A stretch of DNA of 58,099 nt from the IMG/VR virus record IMGVR_UViG_3300042691_010759. One strand, given 5' to 3'. Source of the stretch: an uncultured virus (IMG/VR IMGVR_UViG_3300042691_010759). Its lineage: Duplodnaviria > Heunggongvirae > Uroviricota > Caudoviricetes. Made by a program: the position numbers and the translations under genes. Below the pieces are notes generated by a model, which was not told the DNA's origin, ran no database searches, and was given only the letters and a program-made list of their open reading frames with translations. Positions within the stretch are counted from its first letter, which is position 1; every line of letters starts with the position of its first letter. Below are positions 29,137 through 38,550 of this stretch, in pieces.

Positions 29137-30135
29137 TTATAATCTTGTGAATTTATCTAGGGGACCTCCGTAACTTCTAAACATAGAGTAATACTTATTA
29201 TAGAATGCTTTTCTGTTCATTCTATACACTTCACGCATCTCCTCAAAGTTTGGCGTATTAACAATACTCAATGCATCATTGCGAGATGCTCGGTATCTTG
29301 TTTCTATAAGCTGAATCTTACTTGGATTAACTTGCTCATCATTCATCACAAGGTTCTCTAAAATCCTTTGCTTCAATGCATATTCATAATACTCATTAAG
29401 CTTTGGATGATTAGGTACAAGAAGATTACCCTCATGGTCTTCCATCATACCTTGATAGTTAAGGTATACTTTACCTGTTTCAAAGTTAGTATGCAGCCAG
29501 TTACCTTCTTTTATTTCTCCTCTTAACTCACCATCCCAATATAAATTAGGACAATGCTTATCCACATTCTTTGAGTTAGTTATTTTTAAGGGAGCCATTT
29601 GGTTATAATATCGTGTTTCAGATTTAAGGACCTGAACAATTTGTGTCACTTCTCCCTTACAAGTAAGTGTACAAGAATCCGGATTATTACAACAAGAATT
29701 ACAAGTATCATTATATACAGGTTCGCCACATTGTCCACATGGATTAGTGGGTTCTTGTGGAATAATTACATCAGTACAAAAATCAATTTCTCTAGGCGGG
29801 GCTTGTTGATACTCTGGAGTTACAGTACCTATAGGTCTTTCTTCAATGTGTGTACCTTGAGGATAATAGGTTTTAACCTCATACTTATTACATACAAACG
29901 CAAAGTTTAGAACATAGAAATCATTAGGTAATCTTACCTTATGTTTTTCTACCTCAAGCATAACTTCTTTTGTTTGATAGATTCTCAAACCTAAATCATA
30001 GTTTACTCTTTGAGCAACTTTGATTAATTCTTGAGGTTCTATGATTCCCTCCAGCTGATACTTCTTGAAATCATTAGAAGCATCAGCAAAGAGTTCATCA
30101 AAGGTTCTGTATTGTAAGGTATAGTTGTAGCTCAT
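29137..30135 (-). CDS. Tail ring / tubular protein (R1-like) with Cys-rich insertion
   Basis: Immediately upstream of the muzzle; WLHTNFETGKVYLNYQG..EDHEGNLLVP...YYEYALK motif typical of crAss tail tubular proteins. Confidence 0.7.
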   Translation of the reverse strand: MSYNYTLQYRTFDELFADASNDFKKYQLEGIIEPQELIKVAQRVNYDLGLRIYQTKEVMLEVEKHKVRLPNDFYVLNFAFVCNKYEVKTYYPQGTHIEERPIGTVTPEYQQAPPREIDFCTDVIIPQEPTNPCGQCGEPVYNDTCNSCCNNPDSCTLTCKGEVTQIVQVLKSETRYYNQMAPLKITNSKNVDKHCPNLYWDGELRGEIKEGNWLHTNFETGKVYLNYQGMMEDHEGNLLVPNHPKLNEYYEYALKQRILENLVMNDEQVNPSKIQLIETRYRASRNDALSIVNTPNFEEMREVYRMNRKAFYNKYYSMFRSYGGPLDKFTRL

Positions 30136-30218
30136 TTCTTTTTCTTTTTAGCTGTATTAGCAATAACTACTTTACCAGATTTGCTATAGATGGGATGTGC
30201 TTTAAACTTTGTTGCCAT
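30132..30218 (-). CDS. Small basic peptide (28 aa, MATKFKAHPIYSKSGKVVIANTAKKKKK)
   Basis: Not in the ORF track. Fills the gap exactly, with a TAATG overlap upstream and an ATGA overlap downstream. Confidence 0.55.
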   Translation of the reverse strand: MATKFKAHPIYSKSGKVVIANTAKKKKK

Positions 30219-30892
30219 TATCTCATAATATTTTGACCATCATCAGCTCCATCTGAAGGGATTTGGCCGGCCGTTAGTATTTCTCTAAGTACAAATTGTT
30301 CAATCTCAGAAAACATATGTTCTGGAATTGCCAACGTTCTGTCTTGTTCTGATCTACATTCATCAGACTGATCACTACAATTTAAAGCTTCTGTGCTATC
30401 TTCAAATATAGCTTGTAAACGAATCGCTTCCCATTCTACATCTGGTACATAAATGTAACCATCTAAATACCAATAATACTTATTCTTGTTATACTTAAAT
30501 GAACTAGTCTTAGTCATATTAGTATAAACTGTAGGATAAGTTCTTATAAGAGATACAGAATAATCTAAGGAAGATACTTCACGTATTACCGGACCCATTG
30601 TTGTTTCAAGAAACTTTGGAAGTTTTTCTTTTGTTCTTTTGATGGTACAATTAGTTTTGATCCCAATACAGCAAGCTTCTACTTTATCTACTTCAATTAA
30701 TTCAACACACGGGATCTCACTAAAGAGACTTGTGTATTTAAAAATCTCATTCATCATAGACTCTCTCTTAATAAGAGTCTTGGCATATTTCCATATGAGC
30801 TGATAAATAAAACGATCCGTAATAAAGGCATCTTCTTTAACGCTTTTAATTACGTTTCGCACTCTTGATATTGCTTCTGCTATTGTAGACAT
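30218..30892 (-). CDS. Tail ring protein (R2-like)
   Basis: ORF track; PCVELIEVD...C..KRTKEKLP...YYWYLDGYIY...IFED pattern; synteny. Confidence 0.65.
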   Translation of the reverse strand: MSTIAEAISRVRNVIKSVKEDAFITDRFIYQLIWKYAKTLIKRESMMNEIFKYTSLFSEIPCVELIEVDKVEACCIGIKTNCTIKRTKEKLPKFLETTMGPVIREVSSLDYSVSLIRTYPTVYTNMTKTSSFKYNKNKYYWYLDGYIYVPDVEWEAIRLQAIFEDSTEALNCSDQSDECRSEQDRTLAIPEHMFSEIEQFVLREILTAGQIPSDGADDGQNIMR

Positions 30893-30894
30893 CT

Positions 30895-31482
30895 TTACAT
30901 TTTAAATTCATTATATCCATCTGGAATAACTGGTTTTAATGTACGTTTGTAATCATCCTTACGATACTTATCAAATCTAATTGATATTTTCTCTGTAGGA
31001 CTTACAAGCGCATATTTCGCCCAATTTTCCTTATATGCTTCTGAAGCTATTTTCCTAAATACTTTAGAAGCTCTAAAAGACCATACCTGCTTATTAGCAA
31101 ATGGGTACTTAGTATTATGATTAGTATAAAATATCTTGAGTAGCTTATTATCAGAATCCCAATTTTTATGAACCGTTCTTACCCCATACTCAAGAGACTT
31201 TTTAAAATCTACATTTTTCTTTTTAGCTGGGGGACAGCTTGCCATAAAAATAAATCCTAATCCTTCAGGTAACTCAATACCATCTCTATTATCAATTATA
31301 CCGTTTACTACTTCTGCATTGAATGTCATTACTATATCCTTAAACTCCTTAAGCTCAAGACCTAAATATTCCGGATACTTTTTTTTAAATTCTTTTAATG
31401 TATTTGTAGTTAATACACTTATCCGTTTTGTTCTAAATCTTGGGCCTTTAACGTCTGGTTTTTTAATTTCATTCATGAGCAT
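30895..31482 (-). CDS. Divergent IHF/HU-like DNA-binding protein
   Basis: Helical N-terminus followed by GIELPEGLGFIF and a late F+ASK.F+K motif, as in crAss structural-module IHF homologues; basic. Confidence 0.6.
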   Translation of the reverse strand: MLMNEIKKPDVKGPRFRTKRISVLTTNTLKEFKKKYPEYLGLELKEFKDIVMTFNAEVVNGIIDNRDGIELPEGLGFIFMASCPPAKKKNVDFKKSLEYGVRTVHKNWDSDNKLLKIFYTNHNTKYPFANKQVWSFRASKVFRKIASEAYKENWAKYALVSPTEKISIRFDKYRKDDYKRTLKPVIPDGYNEFKM

Positions 31483-31491
31483 AGTCCTATT

Positions 31492-31500
31492 ATAATATAC
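31492..31500 (-). promoter_or_regulatory. GTATATTAT putative phage promoter box
   Basis: The same 9-mer recurs in intergenic gaps at 34855, 39996 and 45468. This copy lies downstream of a terminator. Confidence 0.55.
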
Positions 31501-31561
31501 TGATTTTTTTTAACTTATTCAAGCTTCTATTTCAAAGGTAAACTAATTTTCTTATTTATTG

Positions 31562-31596
31562 TAAAGTAAAAGCCCTGAACTATACAATTCAGGGCT
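31562..31596 (-). terminator. Rho-independent terminator
   Basis: Minus strand AGCCCTGAA-TTGTATAG-TTCAGGGCT followed by TTTACTTT. Confidence 0.85.
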
Positions 31597-31637
31597 CTCT
31601 TGTCAGTCACAGTAAACCAACAAACTATGACATATTT
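31562..31637 (-). ncRNA. Candidate 3'-UTR-derived small RNA with anti-(AAACCAACAA) seed loop
   Basis: Hairpin GTCATAGT-[TTGTTGGTTT]-ACTGTGAC (31631-31606) followed by a terminator. The loop is the reverse complement of a motif at five start codons. Confidence 0.5.
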
Positions 31638-32600
31638 TTAGCAGACATTGTCTATAATTACTAATCCCGGATCTCCCGCACTAACACTAGCAAGTATTAC
31701 GCAATTTGCAATAACTACATTAGCAGCTCCTGCTTCAATAACTTCTCTCCAAAGTACTATGGGAGTAGGAGTAGCTGTTTCAGAATTTGCTCCATTACAG
31801 GTTGTATAATATAAACTGATATCATCACCAGTAGGATTGCTAACTATTAATTGAGCACAAGGCTGACAATTACAAGATTCTTTACCAGGAAAGAGTGGTG
31901 TTACCGTACCTACTCCTGTTACAAATGGATCTGGTACAGAAGTAGCACATATTACTACAAGTTCTCCTACTGCTAGCGGTGGCCTAAATACTGAACCAGG
32001 AGGCGATGGATTACCGTCATTATTAGTACCATCACAAGCACCATACAAAAGAGAACAAGTATCAAGAATAGCTGTCAAGTCTGCATTAATACCACCTACT
32101 GTATTAATTGTAAGAGTAGGCGGAACAGAGTAAGTAAAACCATTATTACCTGGTAGTGGTACTACTGTAAGAATTGCTCCTAAACCATCTACATTAGAAA
32201 TTTGCCAAATTACATCGGTTCCATTAGCAGTAATTGTTTCCCCTATAAGGTATCCTGAACCAGGAACATCAATTGAAATTTGAGCTACACTAGTTTCATC
32301 ACAATTTATTTGATATGGTAAACAAGGATCCGCTTGTTCTGGAATTAGAATTGTAAATTGAGATGCCGCATCCGGAAAACCATCTCCATTACTGTCTACA
32401 GGATCTGAGCATTGTGCCAATACATAACCTTGATATAAAGCTCCCTCACAAAAATTAGTAGGTACTGTGATAAGAAGTGTGTTTACTCCAACAGTACAGT
32501 TTACGGTTTGGCATGTAAATGTAGCCGGTCCAGGTTGTAGTCTATAACATACATCGTGTGGTCCCGCCCATCCTGCTGTCCATGAAATTTGTATATCCAT
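31638..32600 (-). CDS. Cys-rich beta-structured virion/fibre protein (320 aa)
   Basis: ORF track; FN3-like N-terminus; PGSGY..G...GAIL.V....GF.Y..PPT.TI..GG fibre-type repeat; many Cys. Confidence 0.55.
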   Translation of the reverse strand: MDIQISWTAGWAGPHDVCYRLQPGPATFTCQTVNCTVGVNTLLITVPTNFCEGALYQGYVLAQCSDPVDSNGDGFPDAASQFTILIPEQADPCLPYQINCDETSVAQISIDVPGSGYLIGETITANGTDVIWQISNVDGLGAILTVVPLPGNNGFTYSVPPTLTINTVGGINADLTAILDTCSLLYGACDGTNNDGNPSPPGSVFRPPLAVGELVVICATSVPDPFVTGVGTVTPLFPGKESCNCQPCAQLIVSNPTGDDISLYYTTCNGANSETATPTPIVLWREVIEAGAANVVIANCVILASVSAGDPGLVIIDNVC

Positions 32601-32630
32601 TATATTTATTTTTAAGTACTAAAACTTTTA

Positions 32631-33344
32631 TTATAGAGGATAAGGATAAACCTTGATCTCAATTGATGTATTGTCTAAAATATCATCAGATGGAACAAAA
32701 GCTGTCGTATATGTTCTAATAGCTATGTTATTATTATCTTGATAATATGCTCTTACAATACCTAGTTTTTTTCCAACATGATTTACTAAAACATGAGTAT
32801 TAGGAGTAAAACCAAACGGAAGAGCTAATACATATTCACCAACGCCAAAGCGAGCTGGCTGAGGTATACCACTCTGAAACTGATCGTTAAGCGTAGTCTC
32901 AAATAGATAAGCAAAAGGATCTTGTCCACCTTCTTGTACTAAATTAGCTCTATACACTTGATATATAGGAGGAGGTGTAATTAACCCACAAAAATAAGTT
33001 ACTACATCTTGTAATGCCTCCGTGAATGGTGTTCCCGCTGGCGATACCCCACCTATAGGTTGTTCAGGACACTGAATACCTTCAGCTAAAACAGGTTCTC
33101 CTGAGTTTTGGCAGAAGTAATTAACAATATTAGCTAAAGCTTCAGCTACAGTATCATCTTGATTAACTACAGGTGTTTCATCACATACAATATCTTCACC
33201 TGTATAGTAAATACAAGATGCATTAAATGTTTCTGAACAAGGATTTGAATCTGGACAATTAACACCATCCCCACAAGGAGGAGGTGTTAATAGTCCTGTA
33301 TCTTTACATCCGCATGGAACTTTATGTCCGCAATCTTTTCCCAT
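32631..33344 (-). CDS. Cys-rich fibre-associated protein (237 aa)
   Basis: Shares C.YYTGEDI.C...DTV.EAL..IV.YFC motif with the upstream gene; C-terminal YRA.L.Q.G...P...R.GVG.Y...SIEIKVY fibre-type domain. Confidence 0.55.
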   Translation of the reverse strand: MGKDCGHKVPCGCKDTGLLTPPPCGDGVNCPDSNPCSETFNASCIYYTGEDIVCDETPVVNQDDTVAEALANIVNYFCQNSGEPVLAEGIQCPEQPIGGVSPAGTPFTEALQDVVTYFCGLITPPPIYQVYRANLVQEGGQDPFAYLFETTLNDQFQSGIPQPARFGVGEYVLALPFGFTPNTHVLVNHVGKKLGIVRAYYQDNNNIAIRTYTTAFVPSDDILDNTSIEIKVYPYPL

Positions 33345-33362
33345 TTCTTTTAGTTTTTATAA

Positions 33363-34850
33363 TTAAGCTACCGGTACTACTAGTACAGCACTTGCATTTG
33401 TTGGAGGAACACATGGTGCTGTTATAGTTGTCACTAATTGATAAGGACAATCTGCGGATCCTACAACAATCCTAACATAATAGTCAGTGCCTTGCGTTAA
33501 TCCACTAAATGTTCCAGAAATTAATTGACCAACAGATGTTACATTAGTAGACTGAGAACTGATCATTACAGACTGTGTAGCATTCCATAATTGAACTGTT
33601 ACTAATTGTGGTACAGCACCAATCCAAGTTGTTGAATAGTTAATACTTGTAAGATTAGGTACTAACTGAACTACTGGACAATTAATTGCAGCAGGTGCAA
33701 CATCTGAAACAAACCCTTGACATTCTGTTCCTGTAGCAGGATCAAATACACAATACGTAAATGCGGCCGTAATATCATAATTACCATTTACAGGTGTTGC
33801 ATTTAAAGGAACACTTAAACCTGTAGGATTATTTAGCAATGATACTAATGGTGTTGTAATTGTTAATGTTCCACCTAAGCTATCCGTAAGTGTAAGTACA
33901 GATCCGCCAACACAGTCTGTATAACCAACTGGCAAAGATCCTGTAAGATATACTATAACTTCTGTAGGTGTAGAAATAATAGCATTCATTTGAACAATTA
34001 CACCTGCACATCCTGTTTCACAACAAGTAGTTTGAATAGTCTGAATAGAAGCCCTGATATCACATAGCGTTAACCAAATATTTGTTACAGCATCTGACAT
34101 GTTTGCAACAACATCCGCCCAACCAGGAATATCCTGCATTGTTCCAGATCCTGACAATTGTGGAGAATTGTTAAGTCCTGCACACTGTCTTAGAATAGCT
34201 TGGTAAATATCTTGAGGAGTACCAGTAGCTGTTCTTAATTCACAAAACTGTTGTTCTAAAGCATCTAATACTACATTCATTGCTGTAGGATTAGAAGGAA
34301 GCACGCAGTTTGGTTGAACCAGAGGTAAAACTACTTCAGGATCTGTTTGATTTTCTAGAATGGTAATTCTTTCCTCATGATCTAATAAAGTAGAATTAAT
34401 TGTATCAATCTGTCCAATCAATTGACATACTCTATTTCCAATAGCAACTACGTAATCTTTTAGTTGCATAGTTGTAATAGTATCACCTTGGGGATTCTGA
34501 TAATAGAAAGATGAACAAATTGTCACTTCACAATCAGGACATCCTAAAGAGCCACCGGGATTTACAACAGGATCTTGATTACAACAAGTACATACTTTAT
34601 CTATCAAGAGTTGAATAAGATCCTCAAAATCTTTGGGACCACACTCAAGCAAATTAAAGCATGACAAATCATAATTGTCAATATTGAATGTTTCTAACAA
34701 ATCACAAAGTTCCGTAGCTAACTTGTAAACAACATCAGTAACCGAATCTCCTTTACATAGATTTATGCACTCAATGTCCGGACCTTGCCAAACAACGCAG
34801 TTTGATGAAACTGGGCTGCAAGATTCTTTATTTAGATTTAAAGGCTTCAT
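33363..34850 (-). CDS. Cys-rich fibre protein with coiled-coil segments and C-terminal FN3-like domain (495 aa)
   Basis: SSNCVVWQGPDIEC...GDSVTDVV.KL...LC motif; heptad stretch IDTINSTLLDHEERITILE; TFSGLTQGTDYYVRI. Confidence 0.6.
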   Translation of the reverse strand: MKPLNLNKESCSPVSSNCVVWQGPDIECINLCKGDSVTDVVYKLATELCDLLETFNIDNYDLSCFNLLECGPKDFEDLIQLLIDKVCTCCNQDPVVNPGGSLGCPDCEVTICSSFYYQNPQGDTITTMQLKDYVVAIGNRVCQLIGQIDTINSTLLDHEERITILENQTDPEVVLPLVQPNCVLPSNPTAMNVVLDALEQQFCELRTATGTPQDIYQAILRQCAGLNNSPQLSGSGTMQDIPGWADVVANMSDAVTNIWLTLCDIRASIQTIQTTCCETGCAGVIVQMNAIISTPTEVIVYLTGSLPVGYTDCVGGSVLTLTDSLGGTLTITTPLVSLLNNPTGLSVPLNATPVNGNYDITAAFTYCVFDPATGTECQGFVSDVAPAAINCPVVQLVPNLTSINYSTTWIGAVPQLVTVQLWNATQSVMISSQSTNVTSVGQLISGTFSGLTQGTDYYVRIVVGSADCPYQLVTTITAPCVPPTNASAVLVVPVA

Positions 34851-34854
34851 ATAT

Positions 34855-34863
34855 ATAATATAC
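34855..34863 (-). promoter_or_regulatory. GTATATTAT putative phage promoter box
   Basis: Recurrent 9-mer in a 22-nt intergenic gap, only 4 nt from the ATG. Confidence 0.45.
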
Positions 34864-34872
34864 TTAAAATAT

Positions 34873-37836
34873 TTAACAATTACAAGGTACTAGAGTTTCT
34901 ATTACATTAAAGTCTGTTCCACCAGTTGCAACAAAGTCAGTAGGTAGTCTTCCTGGCTTACTGCATACATATACATTTGTTGTTCCTCTTTGTGCTGGAA
35001 TATCATACTGTTGAACAATATCATTACAGTCTAGATACGTAAAATAGACTCCTGAATTTCCTCCAGAATCTAAAAATACAGAATACAAAACAAATCCTGT
35101 TTGTTCACCACCACAATAGTCTATTACAAATGACTCAAAATAATCAGGATCAACTGTATATATTCCTATAGGACATGTACCTACTACATCAAATGTGCCT
35201 ATCTCATCTCCACCATCATAAGCGTATAATAACCATGATCCTGGAGGATCTGTAGTATTCCAGGTTTCGTTATAGATTTCATAATCTATATTATCTATTG
35301 TAAAAGAATAATATGAAGTACCATTTAGATATGTTCCTGTTGGTGGAACTACGATCTCTATAGGTGCACCACCTGTTGGTGTTGCATTAATTTTTATACA
35401 GTCTTCACATGGTAGGAATACTGGAGCTGTACAATTAGTTTGACATTCTAGTAATGTTTGATATGTTCCTCCTGTTCCTTGTACTTCTACACAATTAAAA
35501 TCTACACAGTTATATGATATATCCGGTGGACAGCCAGCATCTGTACAATTTTCATAAATTGTTCCAGGTGTCCAATATACTGTAACAAGTCTATGAGTAA
35601 TCTCAACTACTGTATAACACACATCGTCAATAACAATTACGTTTCCTAATACATCATATTGATTATCAATTCTAACTACTTCTGTTACTTCAGGCTCGTT
35701 ACATTTTTGAAGAATGTATCTTGTTAATGGAGGACAAGCTGTTGTACAACAAGTTACTGAAATATTTGTAGGACAGCAATTTACACTTAAAGGGCAACAA
35801 TCAAAGTTTGGATCAAGTAATGCATCAAGATTTAGCATTTCTTTTTTGATTTGATACTTTCGCATATCAATATCACAACAAGTTTTAATTCCGTATCTAA
35901 CGGCAATCATTTCTTGATATACTGCTTCACTAAATTTACAATTTACTTTTTCATAATAGTCAGCAGGACATCCTGGAGTATTATAACCAGGTCTTACAGA
36001 TCTGCTAGACAATTCAAATACCGGTTCAGGAACCGGCTGAGGCAAACACTCTTCACAAAGATTAAAACAATCTAAAACAACAATAGGTTCCGTAGGCCAT
36101 ACTTCATCTTTACAAAGGTACTTTTCTACAGTTGCACAATGAACATTACCTAACTGATCCTGCCATTGAATAACTTTACCTATATAAGCTTCAAATGAAG
36201 GAGTCTCTGTAGATATAGTTGGATACTGCTCACAATCAATTAGCTTATAACAAGGCTTTAAGCATTCCGGACAATCGCTAACTGCTGCTACTCCTTGCAT
36301 GATACCTTCCCAATCAGCAATAAACGCATCTTCAGGAATATCTGTTCTTAAAATTTCAGTTAACTTTAAACAACCCCTTATATTTTCACTAGCTTCATTT
36401 TCAATATACGTTATAACTAAGTTGATGATATCATTTGGACAAGGTACAAAAACGGGATTTGGTATTGTATAACCTGGAAAACAATCTCCATCAAAACTTA
36501 AATAAATAGTTCCTTGAAAAGCCGGATCTCCGCTACTTCCAGGCCAATCTATTGGTAAATCTGTAACACAATCATTTAGAGTATAATAAGTATTACATAT
36601 ATTACAATTATCAGATTGATGATCTTCTGCAACAAAAACATTTGTTACGCTAACTTCCTCACAAGGCTGAACATCTAGAACCGTGAAACAACCAAGCTCA
36701 TTTAAAATATTTAACGGATCACTGAAACTATAAATATTACCAATTACAAGAAGCGTAGTTTCTTCTGGATCTAATGATATTTCAAGTGGTGTACCAACGC
36801 CATTACATGGATTAATAAGATAACAACAAGGTGTTGGTATTTGAGTATCTTTAAATGTACAAGTTGGTGTAGTTCCACAAACATCTCCTTCTATAACACT
36901 ACCATTACATAACCACTGACCACTAGTATCTGTAAGATCCGGAATATCATTATCAATATAAGATTGCGTAGTAAATATGATATAAGGTAAAAGATCTTCA
37001 TATACATTACCACAAGTTGCTGAATCAGGAAAATCAGGATCTACAAAATCCGCAGTATCTGTTAAGTTAGTTTGAAATTCTGATAATGTAATATCATAAA
37101 TTTCTCCAGCAAATGATGCGGCAGATGAAACATTAAACCCTTCTAGAGTAATTGTATGTTGTCCTGCAGTTAATGTAATCGGGATAACATGCCAAAATAG
37201 AAATGGTCCTCTTTGATTAGTTGTTCCATTTAAAGTAACAATTAGATTACCATCTACATATAATCGGCATTCATTATCGCCACCTAAACCAATTAAATAT
37301 TGCTTAGATGTTTCAAGATTAACACAAAAATCAAATGATACACTTCCTTGTGGTGCAGCACACACAAATGGTACATCTAGCCAAATACCTGCATTATTTA
37401 AACGTCCGTTATATTGTGCTCCAGTAATTAAAGGATCAATACAATTTATAGGTAATGTAACATCGTAATCTAAACCCCATAAAGAACTTTTATGTCCAGG
37501 TTTTAAAATAGCACTAGGATTTCCAGGATTTGCAGGATTTGCTGCACCTAACAAAATTTCAATAGCTCCTCCAATATTATCTTCTAAATAATAATCTGAG
37601 GAACTATTAGTTGTCCAATTTCCTGATATAGGAAAAGTATAACCGCTAACATCTTCATACAAACGTAATCCGTCTGCACTATATCCTTGATTTACACATC
37701 CTTTAACAATAGGAATAGTAGCTCCTGTCCAAATTGCATCTTCTACAATTTCAGATTCGCAAAGTCCCGTTTTAGGATTATATTGGTATCCTTCAGGACA
37801 ACCATTACAAGGCGGTAAAGGATTAGAGTTAGCCAT
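34873..37836 (-). CDS. Large Cys-rich virion protein (987 aa) with PA14-like domain and Cys repeat modules
   Basis: GLGGDNECRLYVDG...ITLTAGQHTITLEGFN (PA14-like); CPEGYQY...C; about 59 Cys by manual count. Confidence 0.6.
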   Translation of the reverse strand: MANSNPLPPCNGCPEGYQYNPKTGLCESEIVEDAIWTGATIPIVKGCVNQGYSADGLRLYEDVSGYTFPISGNWTTNSSSDYYLEDNIGGAIEILLGAANPANPGNPSAILKPGHKSSLWGLDYDVTLPINCIDPLITGAQYNGRLNNAGIWLDVPFVCAAPQGSVSFDFCVNLETSKQYLIGLGGDNECRLYVDGNLIVTLNGTTNQRGPFLFWHVIPITLTAGQHTITLEGFNVSSAASFAGEIYDITLSEFQTNLTDTADFVDPDFPDSATCGNVYEDLLPYIIFTTQSYIDNDIPDLTDTSGQWLCNGSVIEGDVCGTTPTCTFKDTQIPTPCCYLINPCNGVGTPLEISLDPEETTLLVIGNIYSFSDPLNILNELGCFTVLDVQPCEEVSVTNVFVAEDHQSDNCNICNTYYTLNDCVTDLPIDWPGSSGDPAFQGTIYLSFDGDCFPGYTIPNPVFVPCPNDIINLVITYIENEASENIRGCLKLTEILRTDIPEDAFIADWEGIMQGVAAVSDCPECLKPCYKLIDCEQYPTISTETPSFEAYIGKVIQWQDQLGNVHCATVEKYLCKDEVWPTEPIVVLDCFNLCEECLPQPVPEPVFELSSRSVRPGYNTPGCPADYYEKVNCKFSEAVYQEMIAVRYGIKTCCDIDMRKYQIKKEMLNLDALLDPNFDCCPLSVNCCPTNISVTCCTTACPPLTRYILQKCNEPEVTEVVRIDNQYDVLGNVIVIDDVCYTVVEITHRLVTVYWTPGTIYENCTDAGCPPDISYNCVDFNCVEVQGTGGTYQTLLECQTNCTAPVFLPCEDCIKINATPTGGAPIEIVVPPTGTYLNGTSYYSFTIDNIDYEIYNETWNTTDPPGSWLLYAYDGGDEIGTFDVVGTCPIGIYTVDPDYFESFVIDYCGGEQTGFVLYSVFLDSGGNSGVYFTYLDCNDIVQQYDIPAQRGTTNVYVCSKPGRLPTDFVATGGTDFNVIETLVPCNC

Positions 37837-37841
37837 ATGTT

Positions 37842-37970
37842 TTATTTTTTTACAGTAACAAGCTTGGCATTATATGCCGCAACACAATTTGCGCAACATT
37901 CTTTGCCATCTTTTGCTACTCGTTTTTTACATCCACAACTTAAAGTTGATCCGCAGTTTGAACATTTCAT
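37842..37970 (-). CDS. Small Cys-rich (zinc-finger/metallothionein-like) protein, 42 aa
   Basis: Not in the ORF track: MKCSNCGSTLSCGCKKRVAKDGKECCANCVAAYNAKLVTVKK*. Fills the gap and is preceded by the AAACCAACAA motif. Confidence 0.75.
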   Translation of the reverse strand: MKCSNCGSTLSCGCKKRVAKDGKECCANCVAAYNAKLVTVKK

Positions 37971-37989
37971 ATTTGTTGGTTTTTAATTG

Positions 37990-38538
37990 TTAATGACAAG
38001 TTTTACAATCAAATTTACTAAGAAGTTTCATAGCATAGTTGTATAATTCCATTCCTTTTTTTGGTTCATGGCAAAATTCAACTTTTGCTTTAGCAGCTTC
38101 TAAATATGATTTAATCTTTGCTAAATCACGCATCTTCTTATCTATCTCAGCTGTTGGTTCACAAGCTGCAATATCTAATTCGCATAATGCTTCTTTATAG
38201 CAAGTTAGCGCTTTAGTGATCCGGAGATGGTTATATTCCACATATACTAAATTGTTTGGGGCCACGCTATACTTAATGATATAAATACCGTCTGGTAAAT
38301 TTTGTAAAGACGTTCCGCAGTCAACAGTTTGTATATCTAAATCACATGCAGATAGATTTAGAATAAAGTTTTGTTCTATTCCATCAAACTGAATTGCATA
38401 ATTGAACCCAGGTAATGTTATTTCCAATATGGGACAATCATATGGAACAGTTGGACTATAAACGCTAGTATCAACTAACTTTAGTACGCAACTATTCATT
38501 GTGTCCGGTGCTTCTACGCTTAAAAAATGTTGAGCCAT
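37990..38538 (-). CDS. Putative tail hub / fibre-attachment protein (182 aa)
   Basis: L.LVDTS.Y...LEITLPGF...LPDGIY.IKYSVAP motif followed by a helical C-terminus; crAss synteny. Confidence 0.55.
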   Translation of the reverse strand: MAQHFLSVEAPDTMNSCVLKLVDTSVYSPTVPYDCPILEITLPGFNYAIQFDGIEQNFILNLSACDLDIQTVDCGTSLQNLPDGIYIIKYSVAPNNLVYVEYNHLRITKALTCYKEALCELDIAACEPTAEIDKKMRDLAKIKSYLEAAKAKVEFCHEPKKGMELYNYAMKLLSKFDCKTCH

Positions 38539-38550
38539 ACTCCTAAGATA

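Noticed and set aside
31627..31641. Plus-strand ATG following AAACCAACAA (MTYF*) as a real gene
   Set aside because: It is only four codons long, and the hairpin pairs better on the minus strand; treated as part of the antisense element instead.
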